64,000 bases of DNA from positions 20,350-84,349 of the forward strand of contig CACJQE010000004.1 of NCBI GenBank assembly GCA_902595465.1. Reading direction: 5' to 3'. Source of the stretch: an uncultured Pelagibacteraceae bacterium (GTDB lineage Bacteria > Pseudomonadota > Alphaproteobacteria > Pelagibacterales > Pelagibacteraceae). Each line of letters begins with the position of its first letter. The first letter of the stretch is position 1. The position numbers were made by a program, and so were the translations under genes. The notes under the pieces were generated by a model. It did no database searches, was not told where the DNA came from, and saw only the letters and a program-made list of their open reading frames with translations. This document shows positions 33,975 through 45,191 of this stretch, one piece after another.

Positions 33975-34262
33975 ATGAGTATAGATCTTAAAACAGTAAA
34001 GCACATTTCGAAATTAGCAAGAATTTCTATTGATGATGAAAAAGCTAATAAATTAAAGGGCGACTTAAATAATATATTTGAATTTATAGAAAAATTAAAT
34101 GAATTAAATACTGATAATGTTCAAGCCTTAACATCAATTGCTGAAACCACCCTAAGATTTAGAAAAGATGAAATTAAATCAGAAAATATTAGAGAAAAAA
34201 TTTTAAAAAACTCTCCTGAAGAAAATAAAGATTTTTTTGTTGTACCAAAGGTTGTTGAATAA
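33975..34262 (+). CDS. gatC: Asp/Glu-tRNA amidotransferase subunit C
   Basis: VKHISKLARI, FFVVPKVVE; start at ATG 33975. Confidence 0.97.
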   Translation: MSIDLKTVKHISKLARISIDDEKANKLKGDLNNIFEFIEKLNELNTDNVQALTSIAETTLRFRKDEIKSENIREKILKNSPEENKDFFVVPKVVE

Positions 34263-35722
34263 TGTCAGATATAACAAGTCAAAGTTTATTCGAATTAACA
34301 TCGAATATAAAAGAAAAAAAACTATCTTCAGAGGAAATTACAAAAGCATTTATAGACCGTGCTGAAAAATCAAAAAAATTAAATGTTTATGTTACGGATA
34401 ATTTTGAAAAAGCAATAGATCAATCAAAGAAATTTGATTCTAATCCTAACTTTGATTTAAAACTATCAGGTATTCCCATTGCTGTTAAAGATTTATTTTG
34501 TACAAATGGAGTTAGAACAACAGCAGGTAGCAAAATATTAAATAACTTCGTTCCCACATATGAGTCTACAGTTACTCAAAATTTGTGGAGTCAAGGAGCA
34601 ATACTTCTTGGTAAACTTAATTGTGATGAATTTGCTATGGGATCTTCAAATGAAACTAGTTTTTTTGGAAATGTTCAAAATCCGGTAGGAGAAAATTTAG
34701 TCCCTGGTGGATCTTCAGGAGGTTCTTCTGCAGCTGTCGCTGCAAATTTAACTCCAGTTACAATTGGAACAGATACAGGTGGATCTATTCGTCAACCAGC
34801 ATCATTTACAGGAACTGTTGGACTTAAACCTACATATGGAAGTTGTTCTCGTTATGGAATTGTAGCATTTGCTTCATCTTTAGACCAAGCAGGACCTATG
34901 ACGAAAAATGTAAGAGACTGCTCTATGCTTTTAGAGGTGATCTCTTCATTTGATCAAAAAGATTCAACTTCAATTGATTACAAAAGAAATTGTTATTCAA
35001 AAGAATTATCAAAAGATATTAAAGGAAAGAAAATTGGTATTCCTAAAGAATATAGAGTTGACAATATGCCTGACGAAATTGAACAGCTATGGAAAAATGG
35101 TATCTCATATGCAAAAGATTGCGGAGCAGAAATAATCGATATTTCGCTTCCACATACTAATTACGCATTACCAACTTATTATATTGTTGCACCAGCTGAA
35201 GCATCTTCAAATCTTGCAAGATATGATGGTGTTAAATATGGATTTAGATCTCCTGGTCAAAATTTAATAGAAATGTACGAAAAAACTAGATCTGAAGGTT
35301 TTGGTGATGAAGTTAAAAGAAGAATTATGATTGGAACTTATGTTTTATCTTCTGGTTACTATGATGCCTATTATCTAAAAGCGCAGAAAGTAAGACAATT
35401 AATAAAAAAAGATTTTGATGATGCCTTTTCTAGTGTTGATGCAATTTTAACTCCATCTACTCCAAGCTCAGCATTTAAAATTGATGAAAAAACAAATGAT
35501 CCGGTATCAATGTATTTAAATGATATATTTACAGTTCCAATTAATCTAGCAGGCTTACCAGGTATTTCTATACCAGCTGGCAAAGATAAAAATAATTATC
35601 CTTTAGGCCTTCAATTAATTGGGAAACCTTTTGATGAGCAAAATATACTTAATATTTCTTATGCATTAGAAGATAAGATTAATTTTAAAAATGATATTTC
35701 AGACTGGTGGTTAAGTGAGTAA
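34262..35722 (+). CDS. gatA: Asp/Glu-tRNA amidotransferase subunit A
   Basis: Amidase signature [28 protein letters not shown]. Confidence 0.99.
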   Translation: MSDITSQSLFELTSNIKEKKLSSEEITKAFIDRAEKSKKLNVYVTDNFEKAIDQSKKFDSNPNFDLKLSGIPIAVKDLFCTNGVRTTAGSKILNNFVPTYESTVTQNLWSQGAILLGKLNCDEFAMGSSNETSFFGNVQNPVGENLVPGGSSGGSSAAVAANLTPVTIGTDTGGSIRQPASFTGTVGLKPTYGSCSRYGIVAFASSLDQAGPMTKNVRDCSMLLEVISSFDQKDSTSIDYKRNCYSKELSKDIKGKKIGIPKEYRVDNMPDEIEQLWKNGISYAKDCGAEIIDISLPHTNYALPTYYIVAPAEASSNLARYDGVKYGFRSPGQNLIEMYEKTRSEGFGDEVKRRIMIGTYVLSSGYYDAYYLKAQKVRQLIKKDFDDAFSSVDAILTPSTPSSAFKIDEKTNDPVSMYLNDIFTVPINLAGLPGISIPAGKDKNNYPLGLQLIGKPFDEQNILNISYALEDKINFKNDISDWWLSE

Positions 35723-37181
35723 AAATAGTGAATATCTTATTGAAAGAGAAAATAAACAATATGAAGTGATAATTGGTTTAGAAGTGCACGCTCAAGTTAC
35801 TTCAGAGTCAAAACTTTTCTCTCAATCATCAACAAAATTTGGTGCAGAACCAAACACACAAGTTAGTCTCGTAGATGCAGCATTTCCAGGAATGTTACCA
35901 GTTATAAATGAATTTTGTATTGAACAAGCAATTAAAACTGGAATAGGACTTAAAGCCAAAATAAATAAAAAATCTGTCTTTGATAGAAAAAATTATTTCT
36001 ATGCAGATTTACCTCAAGGATATCAAATCTCTCAATACAAATATCCAATTGTCGGTGAAGGAAAAGTAATTTTGGATATGCCGAATGGTCAAAAAGAAAT
36101 TGGAATTGAAAGATTACACTTAGAGCAAGATGCAGGTAAAAGTATTCATGATATTGATCCAAATAATACATTAGTTGATTTAAATAGATCTGGAGTGGCT
36201 TTAATGGAAATAGTAAGTAAGCCTGATTTGAGATCTCCAGATGAAGTCAACGTTTATATAAAAAAATTAAGATCCATAATGAGATATTTAGGAACATGTG
36301 ATGGCAATATGCAAGAAGGTTCTTTGAGGGCAGATGTTAATGTATCAGTAAGATTAAAAGGGGAGACTGAATTCGGCACCAGGTGTGAAATTAAAAATGT
36401 TAATTCAATAAAATTTATGCAAATGGCAATAATATCCGAAGCAAATAGACAAATAGATTTGTTAGAGGAGGGGAAAGAAATAGATCAAGAGACAAGACTT
36501 TTTGACACTAAAAGAAATGAGACAAGATCTATGAGATCAAAAGAAGACGCGCATGATTACAGATATTTTCCTGATCCAGATCTATTACCGCTTGAAATAA
36601 ACCAAGAGTTAATTGAAAAAATAAAATCAGATATACCTGAATTACCAGATGAAAAGAAAAAAAGATTTATAGATAAATTTAATCTTTCACCATATGAAGC
36701 AACAATTTTGGTATCTGATATTGAAACATCAAATTTCTTTGAAGAAGTTATAAAAAATTCAGATGTTAAATTAGCAACAAACTGGATTACAGGTGAATTA
36801 TTTGCTGTTTTAAATGAAAAAAATTTAGAAATATCTCAAAGCCCAGTTAGTGCTAAAAATCTATCAAAACTTATAAACCTTATAAAAGATGGAACCATAT
36901 CAGGAAAAATAGCTAAAACGGTTTTTGAACAAATGGTAGATGGAGATCAAGATCCATTAATAATAGTAAAAGAAAAAGGTTTAAAACAAGAAAGCGATCC
37001 AAAAGCGATAGAGGAATTGATAAATAAAGTTATTGAAAATAATTCAGATAAGGTTGCTGAATATAAATCTGGTAAAGATAAATTATTTGGTTTTTTTGTT
37101 GGCCAAGCCATGAAAGAAAGTAAAGGAAAAGGCAATCCTCAATTAATAAACAAAATATTAAAAGAAAAGTTGAATGGATAA
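35715..37181 (+). CDS. gatB: Asp/Glu-tRNA amidotransferase subunit B (GTG start)
   Basis: [36 protein letters not shown]. Confidence 0.99.
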   Translation: MSKNSEYLIERENKQYEVIIGLEVHAQVTSESKLFSQSSTKFGAEPNTQVSLVDAAFPGMLPVINEFCIEQAIKTGIGLKAKINKKSVFDRKNYFYADLPQGYQISQYKYPIVGEGKVILDMPNGQKEIGIERLHLEQDAGKSIHDIDPNNTLVDLNRSGVALMEIVSKPDLRSPDEVNVYIKKLRSIMRYLGTCDGNMQEGSLRADVNVSVRLKGETEFGTRCEIKNVNSIKFMQMAIISEANRQIDLLEEGKEIDQETRLFDTKRNETRSMRSKEDAHDYRYFPDPDLLPLEINQELIEKIKSDIPELPDEKKKRFIDKFNLSPYEATILVSDIETSNFFEEVIKNSDVKLATNWITGELFAVLNEKNLEISQSPVSAKNLSKLINLIKDGTISGKIAKTVFEQMVDGDQDPLIIVKEKGLKQESDPKAIEELINKVIENNSDKVAEYKSGKDKLFGFFVGQAMKESKGKGNPQLINKILKEKLNG

Positions 37182-37821
37182 AAATTTCATAATTGATCAA
37201 AATATGATCAATTATATTTTTTCACATACAAATAATCTTCACAAAGTACAAAAAAAATTATTAAAATATAACGAAAAACTTGGTCATATTAAAAAATTAC
37301 AAATTTCAATTCTACAAGCTAACTTCATACAATTTATCATAAAAATTAATAACTATAAATCATATTTAGAAATTGGCACTTTTACAGGTTACAGCATTTT
37401 ATCTGCTGCACTCGCCTTACCTAAGAATTGCAAATTAATTGGTATAGATAAAAATTTAAAAACTAACAATGAGGCAATTAAGTTTTTTAAAGAAGCAAAG
37501 CAAGATAAAAAAATAAATCTTCTTTGTGAAAATGGAAAAATTGCTCTTGGAAATCTAATTAAGAAAAAGGAAAAATATGATGTGATATTAATTGATGCTG
37601 ATAAAGAAAATTATATAAATTATTTTAATCAGTCTCTTAAATTAAAAAGCAAAAAGGGTATAATTTTAATTGATAATACACTTTGGAAAGGAGATGTTGC
37701 AAATCCAAAGATAAAAGACAAATTAACTATAAAATTAAGAGAATTTAATAAATACATAAAAAAATCACCCATTAATAAGTATATTTTACCAATTGGTGAT
37801 GGTTTTACAGTTTGTTGGTAA
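37174..37821 (+). CDS. Class I SAM-dependent O-methyltransferase (Methyltransf_3; CCoAOMT/TrmR-like)
   Basis: [32 protein letters not shown] motifs. Confidence 0.9.
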   Translation: MDKNFIIDQNMINYIFSHTNNLHKVQKKLLKYNEKLGHIKKLQISILQANFIQFIIKINNYKSYLEIGTFTGYSILSAALALPKNCKLIGIDKNLKTNNEAIKFFKEAKQDKKINLLCENGKIALGNLIKKKEKYDVILIDADKENYINYFNQSLKLKSKKGIILIDNTLWKGDVANPKIKDKLTIKLREFNKYIKKSPINKYILPIGDGFTVCW

Positions 37822-37823
37822 TT

Positions 37824-38697
37824 ATGTTTGAAATCCTATCTTTTTATAAAATATCAAAACTTAATAAATTAAAAATTATTAAAAAAAATATTTTAAAAGA
37901 AACTAATAAGCTTGATATTAAAGGTCTTATAATATTATCTCCTGAAGGAATTAATGGTACAATATCAGGTAGACATAAAAAAATTAAACTTACAATTACA
38001 AAAATAAAGAATATCTTATCAATTGATAGATTTGATATTCAAAATAAATTTAACTCAAAAATATTACCATACTCAAAAAATAAAGTTAAAATAAAAAATG
38101 AAGTAGTTCCAATTAATGAAAAAATTAATTTTAAAAATTTTTTTAATAAGAAATATTTATCACCCAAAAAATGGGACGAATTTATATCTAAAAAAAATAT
38201 TAAACTGATTGATGCCAGAAAACCTTTTGAATATAAGATTGGTACATTTAAAAATGCTCTTAATCCAGAAACAAAAAATTTTAGAGATTTTAAAAATTAT
38301 TTATCAAAATTTAATAAAGATGAGTTAATAGGGATGTTTTGCACCGGAGGTATCAGGTGTGAAAAAGCCTCTAATTATCTTAATAATAAAGGTTTTAAAA
38401 ATGTTTATATGCTTAAGGGCGGTATCTTGAATTATCTTAACAAAACTGATCCAAAAAAAAGTAAGTGGAATGGTGAATGTTTTGTTTTTTGATAAAAGAG
38501 TTACTATTAAAAAAAACCTAGAAATTGGAAATTATACTGTTTGTGGTGGTTGTAGAATGCCATTGCATAAAAAACTAACCAAATCAAAAAAGTATAAAGT
38601 AGGCCTATCATGTCCAAATTGTTTTAATAAATTGACAAATGATCAAATAAAACGTTTCACAATGAGGCACAATCAAATAATAAATTCAAAAAAATAA
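37824..38697 (+). CDS. trhO: TrhO (YceA/UPF0176) rhodanese-domain tRNA U34 hydroxylase, split by a +1 frameshift at 38485-38492
   Basis: EGINGT, FCTGGIRCEKAS, LKGGILNYL, GECFVF in one frame; DKRV..CGGCRMP..SCPNC continue in the +1 frame; removing one T gives a 290 aa ORF. Confidence 0.9.
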
Positions 38698-38701
38698 TAT
38701 C

Positions 38702-40051
38702 ATGAATATATTAAGTGATGACATCAAAGAATTAATTAAAAAATTAGCGATACCTGCATCTGTAGGTACACTCTTTCAAACGTTATATAATATTGCTGAT
38801 ACATATTTTGCAGGAAAAATATCACCTGAAGCTTTGTCAGCTTTAACAAAATCTTTTCCAATTTATTTTATTATTATTGCCTCATCTATTGGTATCACAG
38901 TTGCAGGTACATCACTGATAGGTAATAGCATTGGAGAAAAAAATTATAAAAATGCTTCAATTTATTTCTGCCAATTAATTTTCTTTTCTTTTTTGATAAT
39001 TCTGTTGATTACTTTTATTGGTTTAAATTATGCATCAGACCTTTTTTCAATAATGAGTTCAACTAATGAGGTAATAAATCTTGGCTTACAATATACAGAT
39101 ATCATTTTCCTTGGTTCGTTTATTTTTATTTTAGTTGTTGCATTAAATTCATTACTTCATGCAGAAGGCGATACGAAAACTTATAGAAATGCTTTAATAT
39201 TATCTTTTTTTTTAAACATATTGTTAAATCCTATTTTAATATTTGGATTTTATTTCATACCAGCTTTGGGTATGAAGGGTATTGCAATAGCAACTCTAAT
39301 TGCTCAAACAGTCGCTTTTTTAATCATATTTAAAAAAGTTTTAAAAAGTAAATTAATTAAAAACATACTTTTTTCTTATTTTATTCCTAAATTTTTTTTT
39401 TTAAAAAATATTTTTTTTCAATCTATGCCAATAATAATTTCAATTTGCGGTTATTCTATTGCTTCCGCTATTGTATTCAAATATGCAGGTTTATCAGGAG
39501 AATATGCAGCAGCTGGTTATGGAGCTGGCACCAAAATAGAACAAGTGGTTTTATTGCCAATCTTGGGAATAAATACAGCAATTATCACAATTATTGCTCA
39601 AAACTTTGGTGCACGAAATATTTTAAGAATTAAAGAAACGTACTTCCAAGCTATAAAATATGCTTTCATTATAATGATTATTTCATCTTTTATTATTTAT
39701 TTTGGTGCTGAAATGATAACAAAATTATTTTCAAAAGATTTAGAGGTCGTTGAATTTGGAAAATTATATTTAGAGATTTCAGCCTTTGTGCTACCAGCTT
39801 ATCCAATATTTTTTTTATCAAATGGTTTTTTTATGGCTTTAAAAAAAGCTGAAAACGCATTAATTGCTAATATTTGCCGAAATGGAATTTTTCCATTTGT
39901 CGTATTTTATACTGCAATTTATTTTAATTCTGACTTTTCTGAATTTTTTTGGTTATGGGTAATATTCAATTGGATTTTCTCTTTGATGTATCTTGGTTAT
40001 ACTTATTTTTATTTGAATTATAAATTAGATAAAATTAGAGCTATCAACTAA
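38702..40051 (+). CDS. MATE family efflux transporter
   Basis: LAIPA..QTLYNIADTYFAG, LNPILIFG, GIAIATLIAQ, QNFGA; about 12 TM segments. Confidence 0.93.
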   Translation: MNILSDDIKELIKKLAIPASVGTLFQTLYNIADTYFAGKISPEALSALTKSFPIYFIIIASSIGITVAGTSLIGNSIGEKNYKNASIYFCQLIFFSFLIILLITFIGLNYASDLFSIMSSTNEVINLGLQYTDIIFLGSFIFILVVALNSLLHAEGDTKTYRNALILSFFLNILLNPILIFGFYFIPALGMKGIAIATLIAQTVAFLIIFKKVLKSKLIKNILFSYFIPKFFFLKNIFFQSMPIIISICGYSIASAIVFKYAGLSGEYAAAGYGAGTKIEQVVLLPILGINTAIITIIAQNFGARNILRIKETYFQAIKYAFIIMIISSFIIYFGAEMITKLFSKDLEVVEFGKLYLEISAFVLPAYPIFFLSNGFFMALKKAENALIANICRNGIFPFVVFYTAIYFNSDFSEFFWLWVIFNWIFSLMYLGYTYFYLNYKLDKIRAIN

Positions 40052-40573
40052 CCATTCATAAAGGTGTTCTGAAAACGATCTTCTTACAAATAAATTAATA
40101 TTATTCTTTGACTTGTGGTGTAGAATTACTTCAATATGATTTACTATTGTTTGTGTTGATGAACCAACATTATTTTTAAATTTTTCGAAATTAAAAGGTG
40201 ATCCAGATGATAATAACTCAAATATATTTTCTCCTTTTATATTTATGCAAATTAATTGTGAAGAGATATCAGTAATTGATCCAAAATTTAAAGACGAAAT
40301 ATCTTTATAAAGTTGATCAAAAATATTTGTATTTTTATTTTCATCAAAATATATCATCCATTCATCCGGACTTAGCCACAAAACATCATAGTTTTCATTT
40401 GATGAACTGGTATTTGACTCAGAAGGTAAAATAATAGATAGAATTTTACCCACTTTGGTAAAAAATTCTTTATTTTTTCCCCTGATATTAATTTTAATTT
40501 TTTCTTCAGACAAATTAATGTCGATGTTGTTTTTATTAATATTCGAAATTTTTGGATGTAAGATGTCAAGCAT
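40025..40573 (-). CDS. soxG: Sarcosine oxidase subunit gamma
   Basis: LWLSPDEW, VRRSFSEHL..WL; last gene of soxBDAG. Confidence 0.9.
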   Translation of the reverse strand: MLDILHPKISNINKNNIDINLSEEKIKINIRGKNKEFFTKVGKILSIILPSESNTSSSNENYDVLWLSPDEWMIYFDENKNTNIFDQLYKDISSLNFGSITDISSQLICINIKGENIFELLSSGSPFNFEKFKNNVGSSTQTIVNHIEVILHHKSKNNINLFVRRSFSEHLYEWLVDSSNFI

Positions 40574-43568
40574 TTAGTCTTTCATTCTCCTTATCTAAAA
40601 AAATTGTATCAGAAACAGTCACATTAATATTTTTGTTTTCCATCGGAATAATTAATTTTTGACCTTTCATTGTTTTTCCACTCCTAACTACAGCCAAGGC
40701 AATCGATTTATTTAGGTTTGGACTAAAATAGCTTGAAGTTACATGTCCTAGCATATCTATAGGTTTTGATTTAACGTCTGAAACAATTTGAGCACCTTCT
40801 TCCAAAATTTCTTTTGGATCATCTGTAAGTAGTCCTACCAATTGCTTTCTATCTTCTCTAATAGTATCACTTCTATATAAAGATCTTTTACCAATGAAGT
40901 CATATTTCTTTTTACTTACAATCCAATCCATCTGTAAGTCTGAAGGAGTCATTGTGCCGTCTGTATCTTGTCCAACAATAATGAAACCTTTTTCAGCTCT
41001 GAGTAGGTGCATTGTTTCGGTACCATAAGGTGTCAAATTAAACTCTTTCCCAGCTTCTATACACATTTTCCATAATGAATGTCCATACTTCGACTCTATG
41101 TTAATTTCATAGCTTAGTTCACCTGTAAAACTTATTCTCATTATTCTACAATTTATATTCTCAAGTTTTTCTTCTTTAAATGACATATGAGGAAAGTTTT
41201 CATCACTTAAATCTAAATTTGGAAAAAGTTTGTTAAGAATTTTTTTTGAATTTGGGCCGCAAATACTTGCTGTAGAATAATGATCTGTTACCGATGTTAA
41301 ATAAACATCTAATTCTGGCCACTCCGTTTGTAAATAATCCTCAAGTTTGCTTAATACATTTGCAGCTCCCCCAGTGGTGGTTGTCATTAGATAATGATTT
41401 TCGGATATTCTAGTTGTAACACCATCATCATAAACCATACCATCCTCGTTTAACATAAGTCCGTATCTACATTTTCCGATTGCAAGTTTTGACCAAGAAT
41501 TTGTGTAAACTCGATTTAAAAATTCTGATGCATCTGTTCCTTGGATATCAATTTTTCCGAGAGTTGATGCATCTAAGATGCCCGCACTGTCACGTGCGGC
41601 TTTACTTTCTCTTTGAACAGCATCATGCATATTTTCTCCATTTTTTGGATAGTACCAGGGCCTTTTCCACTGACCAACATTTTCAAATTCTGCATTATTT
41701 TCTACGTGCCATTCATGTATAGATGTTTTTCTTACTACTTCAAAAAATTTTCCAACATTTCTTCCAACTAGTGTTCCGAAAGTTAATGGTGTGAATGGAG
41801 GTCTAAATGTAGTTGTTCCTAATGTACCCATTTTTACACCAGCTGTATCAGCTATAATCCCAAGTGCGTGCATATTAGATAACTTTCCCTGATCTGTTGC
41901 CATACCAGTCGTTGTATATCTTTTTACATGTTCAATTGATCTAAAGCCTTCTTTTAATGCTAATTTAATATCTTTTGCAGTTGAGTCATTTTGAAAATCT
42001 ACAAAGCATTTTGTTTTACCTAAAGGTATTTTATTTGGCAAAAGCCATATATTTCTTTTATCATTTTCTTTAGAGCAAATAATATTTGTATCCTGGTAAT
42101 CTTGATTATCTATATCTAAGAATTTATTAATTTTATTGACTGTTTTATCTATAATATTATCTAAATCAAAATCTCCATTGCATGAACCAACAGAAATTTG
42201 ATCTTCACTATTTTCTTTTGGTAAGAATACTTGGTCTTCATCTCTAAAATCTAATTTACCTCCAGATTGAGTATGCATATGCACCATAGGTGTCCATCCA
42301 CCACTCATTCCTAAACAGTCACAACTTAATCTAATTTTATTGCCTACAGTTGTATTTCCATCTTCCGATAGTTTCATGATTTCTAATGAATTTATTTTTC
42401 TGTATCCAAAAGTATTTGTTACAACATGATTGAAGTAGATTTTTATTCCAAGACTTTCTGCTTGTTTGATTAATTCAGAGCTAGCAGATTTTCTTAAATC
42501 AACAATTATATTCTTTATACCTTTTTTATGAAGTGAAATTGAAGTTTCGTATGCACTATCATTATTCGTAAATAATATTATATTTTCTCCACAGGTAACG
42601 CCATAATAATCCAAATATTTTTTTATAGAATTAGATAATAATATTCCTGGTCTATCATTATTATTGAATACAAGAGGTCTTTCAATTGATCCAGTTGCAA
42701 TTACAACTTTTTTTGCTCTTATTTTCCATAATCGTTGTCTAATCTTATTTTTCTTTTTTTCCTCTGGTAAATGATCTGTTAAATTTTCTTTAGCTAAAAG
42801 AAAATTGTATCCATGATAAGCTGCAATACTTGTTCTTGTCTTAATTGTTAAATTATTTAATTTTTTAATTTCTTGAATTTCATTTTTTAACCATTCACTT
42901 GATAATTTATCATCAATCTTAATAGACTCATTATTTTGATAAATTGTAGAACCACCTAGTATTTTTTTCTCATCTACTAATAAAGTTTTTAAATTATTTT
43001 TTGCTGCCATTTTTGCAGCAATAATACCTGAAACTCCACCACCAATAACTAATACATCGTAATGAACATGTTTATGATCATAGATATCTGGATCTGGTTC
43101 TGTAGGAGATTTTCCCAAACCTGCAGATAATCGTATTAATGGTTCATATACTTTTTTCCAAAAACTCTTTGGCCACATAAATGTTTTATAATAAAAGCCT
43201 GCAGGTATTAACGGTGATATTAAATTATTAATACCCCCAATATCAAATTTTACGTTAGGCCAGCAATTTTGAGAACTTGCTTCTAATCCTTCATACAATT
43301 CTAACTCGGTTGCTCTTACATTTGGTTCAGTTAAGTCTTTTTTGCTACCAATTTGACAAATAGCATTAGGTTCTTCTGCTCCACAAGAAACTATACCTCT
43401 TGGTCTGTGATATTTAAAACTTCTACCGACTAAATGGATACCATTTGCCAATAGCGCTGAAGCTAAGGTATCACCTTCATATCCAAAATAAGTCTTGCCA
43501 TCATATTTAAATGAAACTCTTTTAGTTTCATCAATATATTCAGTTTTATGTATTCTATAATTGGGCAT
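40566..43568 (-). CDS. soxA: Sarcosine oxidase subunit alpha
   Basis: GDTLASALLANG, RSFKYHRPRG, KRYTTTGMATDQGK, GcvT-like C-terminus. Confidence 0.96.
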   Translation of the reverse strand: MPNYRIHKTEYIDETKRVSFKYDGKTYFGYEGDTLASALLANGIHLVGRSFKYHRPRGIVSCGAEEPNAICQIGSKKDLTEPNVRATELELYEGLEASSQNCWPNVKFDIGGINNLISPLIPAGFYYKTFMWPKSFWKKVYEPLIRLSAGLGKSPTEPDPDIYDHKHVHYDVLVIGGGVSGIIAAKMAAKNNLKTLLVDEKKILGGSTIYQNNESIKIDDKLSSEWLKNEIQEIKKLNNLTIKTRTSIAAYHGYNFLLAKENLTDHLPEEKKKNKIRQRLWKIRAKKVVIATGSIERPLVFNNNDRPGILLSNSIKKYLDYYGVTCGENIILFTNNDSAYETSISLHKKGIKNIIVDLRKSASSELIKQAESLGIKIYFNHVVTNTFGYRKINSLEIMKLSEDGNTTVGNKIRLSCDCLGMSGGWTPMVHMHTQSGGKLDFRDEDQVFLPKENSEDQISVGSCNGDFDLDNIIDKTVNKINKFLDIDNQDYQDTNIICSKENDKRNIWLLPNKIPLGKTKCFVDFQNDSTAKDIKLALKEGFRSIEHVKRYTTTGMATDQGKLSNMHALGIIADTAGVKMGTLGTTTFRPPFTPLTFGTLVGRNVGKFFEVVRKTSIHEWHVENNAEFENVGQWKRPWYYPKNGENMHDAVQRESKAARDSAGILDASTLGKIDIQGTDASEFLNRVYTNSWSKLAIGKCRYGLMLNEDGMVYDDGVTTRISENHYLMTTTTGGAANVLSKLEDYLQTEWPELDVYLTSVTDHYSTASICGPNSKKILNKLFPNLDLSDENFPHMSFKEEKLENINCRIMRISFTGELSYEINIESKYGHSLWKMCIEAGKEFNLTPYGTETMHLLRAEKGFIIVGQDTDGTMTPSDLQMDWIVSKKKYDFIGKRSLYRSDTIREDRKQLVGLLTDDPKEILEEGAQIVSDVKSKPIDMLGHVTSSYFSPNLNKSIALAVVRSGKTMKGQKLIIPMENKNINVTVSDTIFLDKENERLNA

Positions 43569-43849
43569 TACTTATAATTTTCAGGAGGTTTTTCACCCAT
43601 TTTATAAACAGATAATATTTTATCATTAGATGTATCTCTAACAACGTTGAACCATTTTCTGCATCCATGAGTATGATTCCATCTTTCAAACTGAACACCT
43701 TTTATATTTTTTCTCATAAATAGATATTCCGCCCATTCATCGTCGCTAAGTTCAGTTGGTTGTTTTGGTCTAACTATATGGGCTTCACCACCTGAGGAAA
43801 ATTCACTTTGATCTCTCTCTCCACAAAATGGACAATTTATTAAAAACAT
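43568..43849 (-). CDS. soxD: Sarcosine oxidase subunit delta
   Basis: CPFCGER..EF, ERWNHTHGCRKWF. Confidence 0.96.
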   Translation of the reverse strand: MFLINCPFCGERDQSEFSSGGEAHIVRPKQPTELSDDEWAEYLFMRKNIKGVQFERWNHTHGCRKWFNVVRDTSNDKILSVYKMGEKPPENYK

Positions 43850-43851
43850 TA

Positions 43852-45105
43852 TTAATGTGCAACTGCTGCAGCACCATGTTCATCAACAAGATCACCACTA
43901 ACAAATCTATTTAAATTAAATGCTGCATTTAATTTATGTGGCTCATCATTTGCAATTGTGTGAGCAAATAAATCACCTGATCCTGGAGTAGCCTTAAAAC
44001 CACCGGTACCCCAACCACAATTAAAATATAAACCTTTTATATTAGTTTTACTTATAATAGGGCTTGCGTCTGGACATATATCGACAATTCCACCCCATTG
44101 TCTTAACATCTTCATTCTACTAAAAATAGGGTAGAGTTCTAAAATAGCCTTTAAAGTTTCTTCAACAATATTATGACTACCTCTTTGAGTATATGAAACA
44201 TATGAATCTGTTCCAGCACCTATAACTAATTCGCCTTTATCCGATTGACTTACATATGCATGAACTGCATTTGACATTACAACAGTATCAATAATTGGTT
44301 TTACTGGCTCTGAAACTAATGCTTGTAATGGCTTACTTTCAAGAGGAAGTTTTAATCCAGCCATATTTGCAATTACACTTGAATGGCCTGCTGCAACAAC
44401 TCCAATTTTATTAGTTTTAATAAATCCTTTAGTGGTTTCTAATCCTTCAACTCTCTCTCCATTTCTTTTTATTCCTTTAACCTCACAGTTTTGAATTATA
44501 TCAACACCCATTAAGCTTGCGCCTCTTGCATAACCCCAGGCAACAGCATCATGCCTTGCAGTTCCAGCTCTTCTTTGTAATGTTCCACCCAAAACTGGGT
44601 ATCTGATATCAGGCGATGTATTTATAATTGGGCAAAATCTTTTAACTTCCTCAGTATTTAACCAAACAGCATCAATTCCGTTTAGTCTATTAGCATGTGT
44701 CCTTCTTTTTAAATCTCTTACATCTTGAAGATTGTGAGCTAAATTCATCACTCCTCTTTGACTGAACATCACATTGTAATTAAGCTCTTGAGATAAATTT
44801 TCCCATAGTTTTAGAGCATGATCATACAAACCAGCACTAGCATCCCATAAATAGTTCGATCTAATGATTGTAGTATTACGGCCTGTATTTCCACCACCAA
44901 TCCATCCTTTCTCTAAAACTGCAATATTTTTTAAATTATGTTTCTTTGCTAAATAATAAGCAGTAGCTAAACCATGTCCACCACCACCTACAATAATAGC
45001 ATCGTATTCTTTTTTCGGCTCAGGATTACCCCAAGCTTGGCTCCAATTTTCATGATTAGAAAATGCATTTTTAATTAAAGAAAATATTGAATATTTATTA
45101 TTCAT
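43852..45105 (-). CDS. soxB: Sarcosine oxidase subunit beta
   Basis: [36 protein letters not shown]. Confidence 0.96.
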   Translation of the reverse strand: MNNKYSIFSLIKNAFSNHENWSQAWGNPEPKKEYDAIIVGGGGHGLATAYYLAKKHNLKNIAVLEKGWIGGGNTGRNTTIIRSNYLWDASAGLYDHALKLWENLSQELNYNVMFSQRGVMNLAHNLQDVRDLKRRTHANRLNGIDAVWLNTEEVKRFCPIINTSPDIRYPVLGGTLQRRAGTARHDAVAWGYARGASLMGVDIIQNCEVKGIKRNGERVEGLETTKGFIKTNKIGVVAAGHSSVIANMAGLKLPLESKPLQALVSEPVKPIIDTVVMSNAVHAYVSQSDKGELVIGAGTDSYVSYTQRGSHNIVEETLKAILELYPIFSRMKMLRQWGGIVDICPDASPIISKTNIKGLYFNCGWGTGGFKATPGSGDLFAHTIANDEPHKLNAAFNLNRFVSGDLVDEHGAAAVAH

Positions 45106-45191
45106 AAAATTTTAATACTTTATTAAATATAAATTTTCAATTGTATAAAATATCAATATTAAATTATCTAATATAATTGTGAAAAATTACA

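Noticed and set aside
38470-38697. Separate 75-aa Cys-rich protein
   Set aside because: It is the C-terminal part of TrhO displaced by the frameshift.
45106-45191. Possible glycine riboswitch or sRNA upstream of soxB
   Set aside because: 86 bp of almost pure A/T with no stable stems or aptamer motifs.
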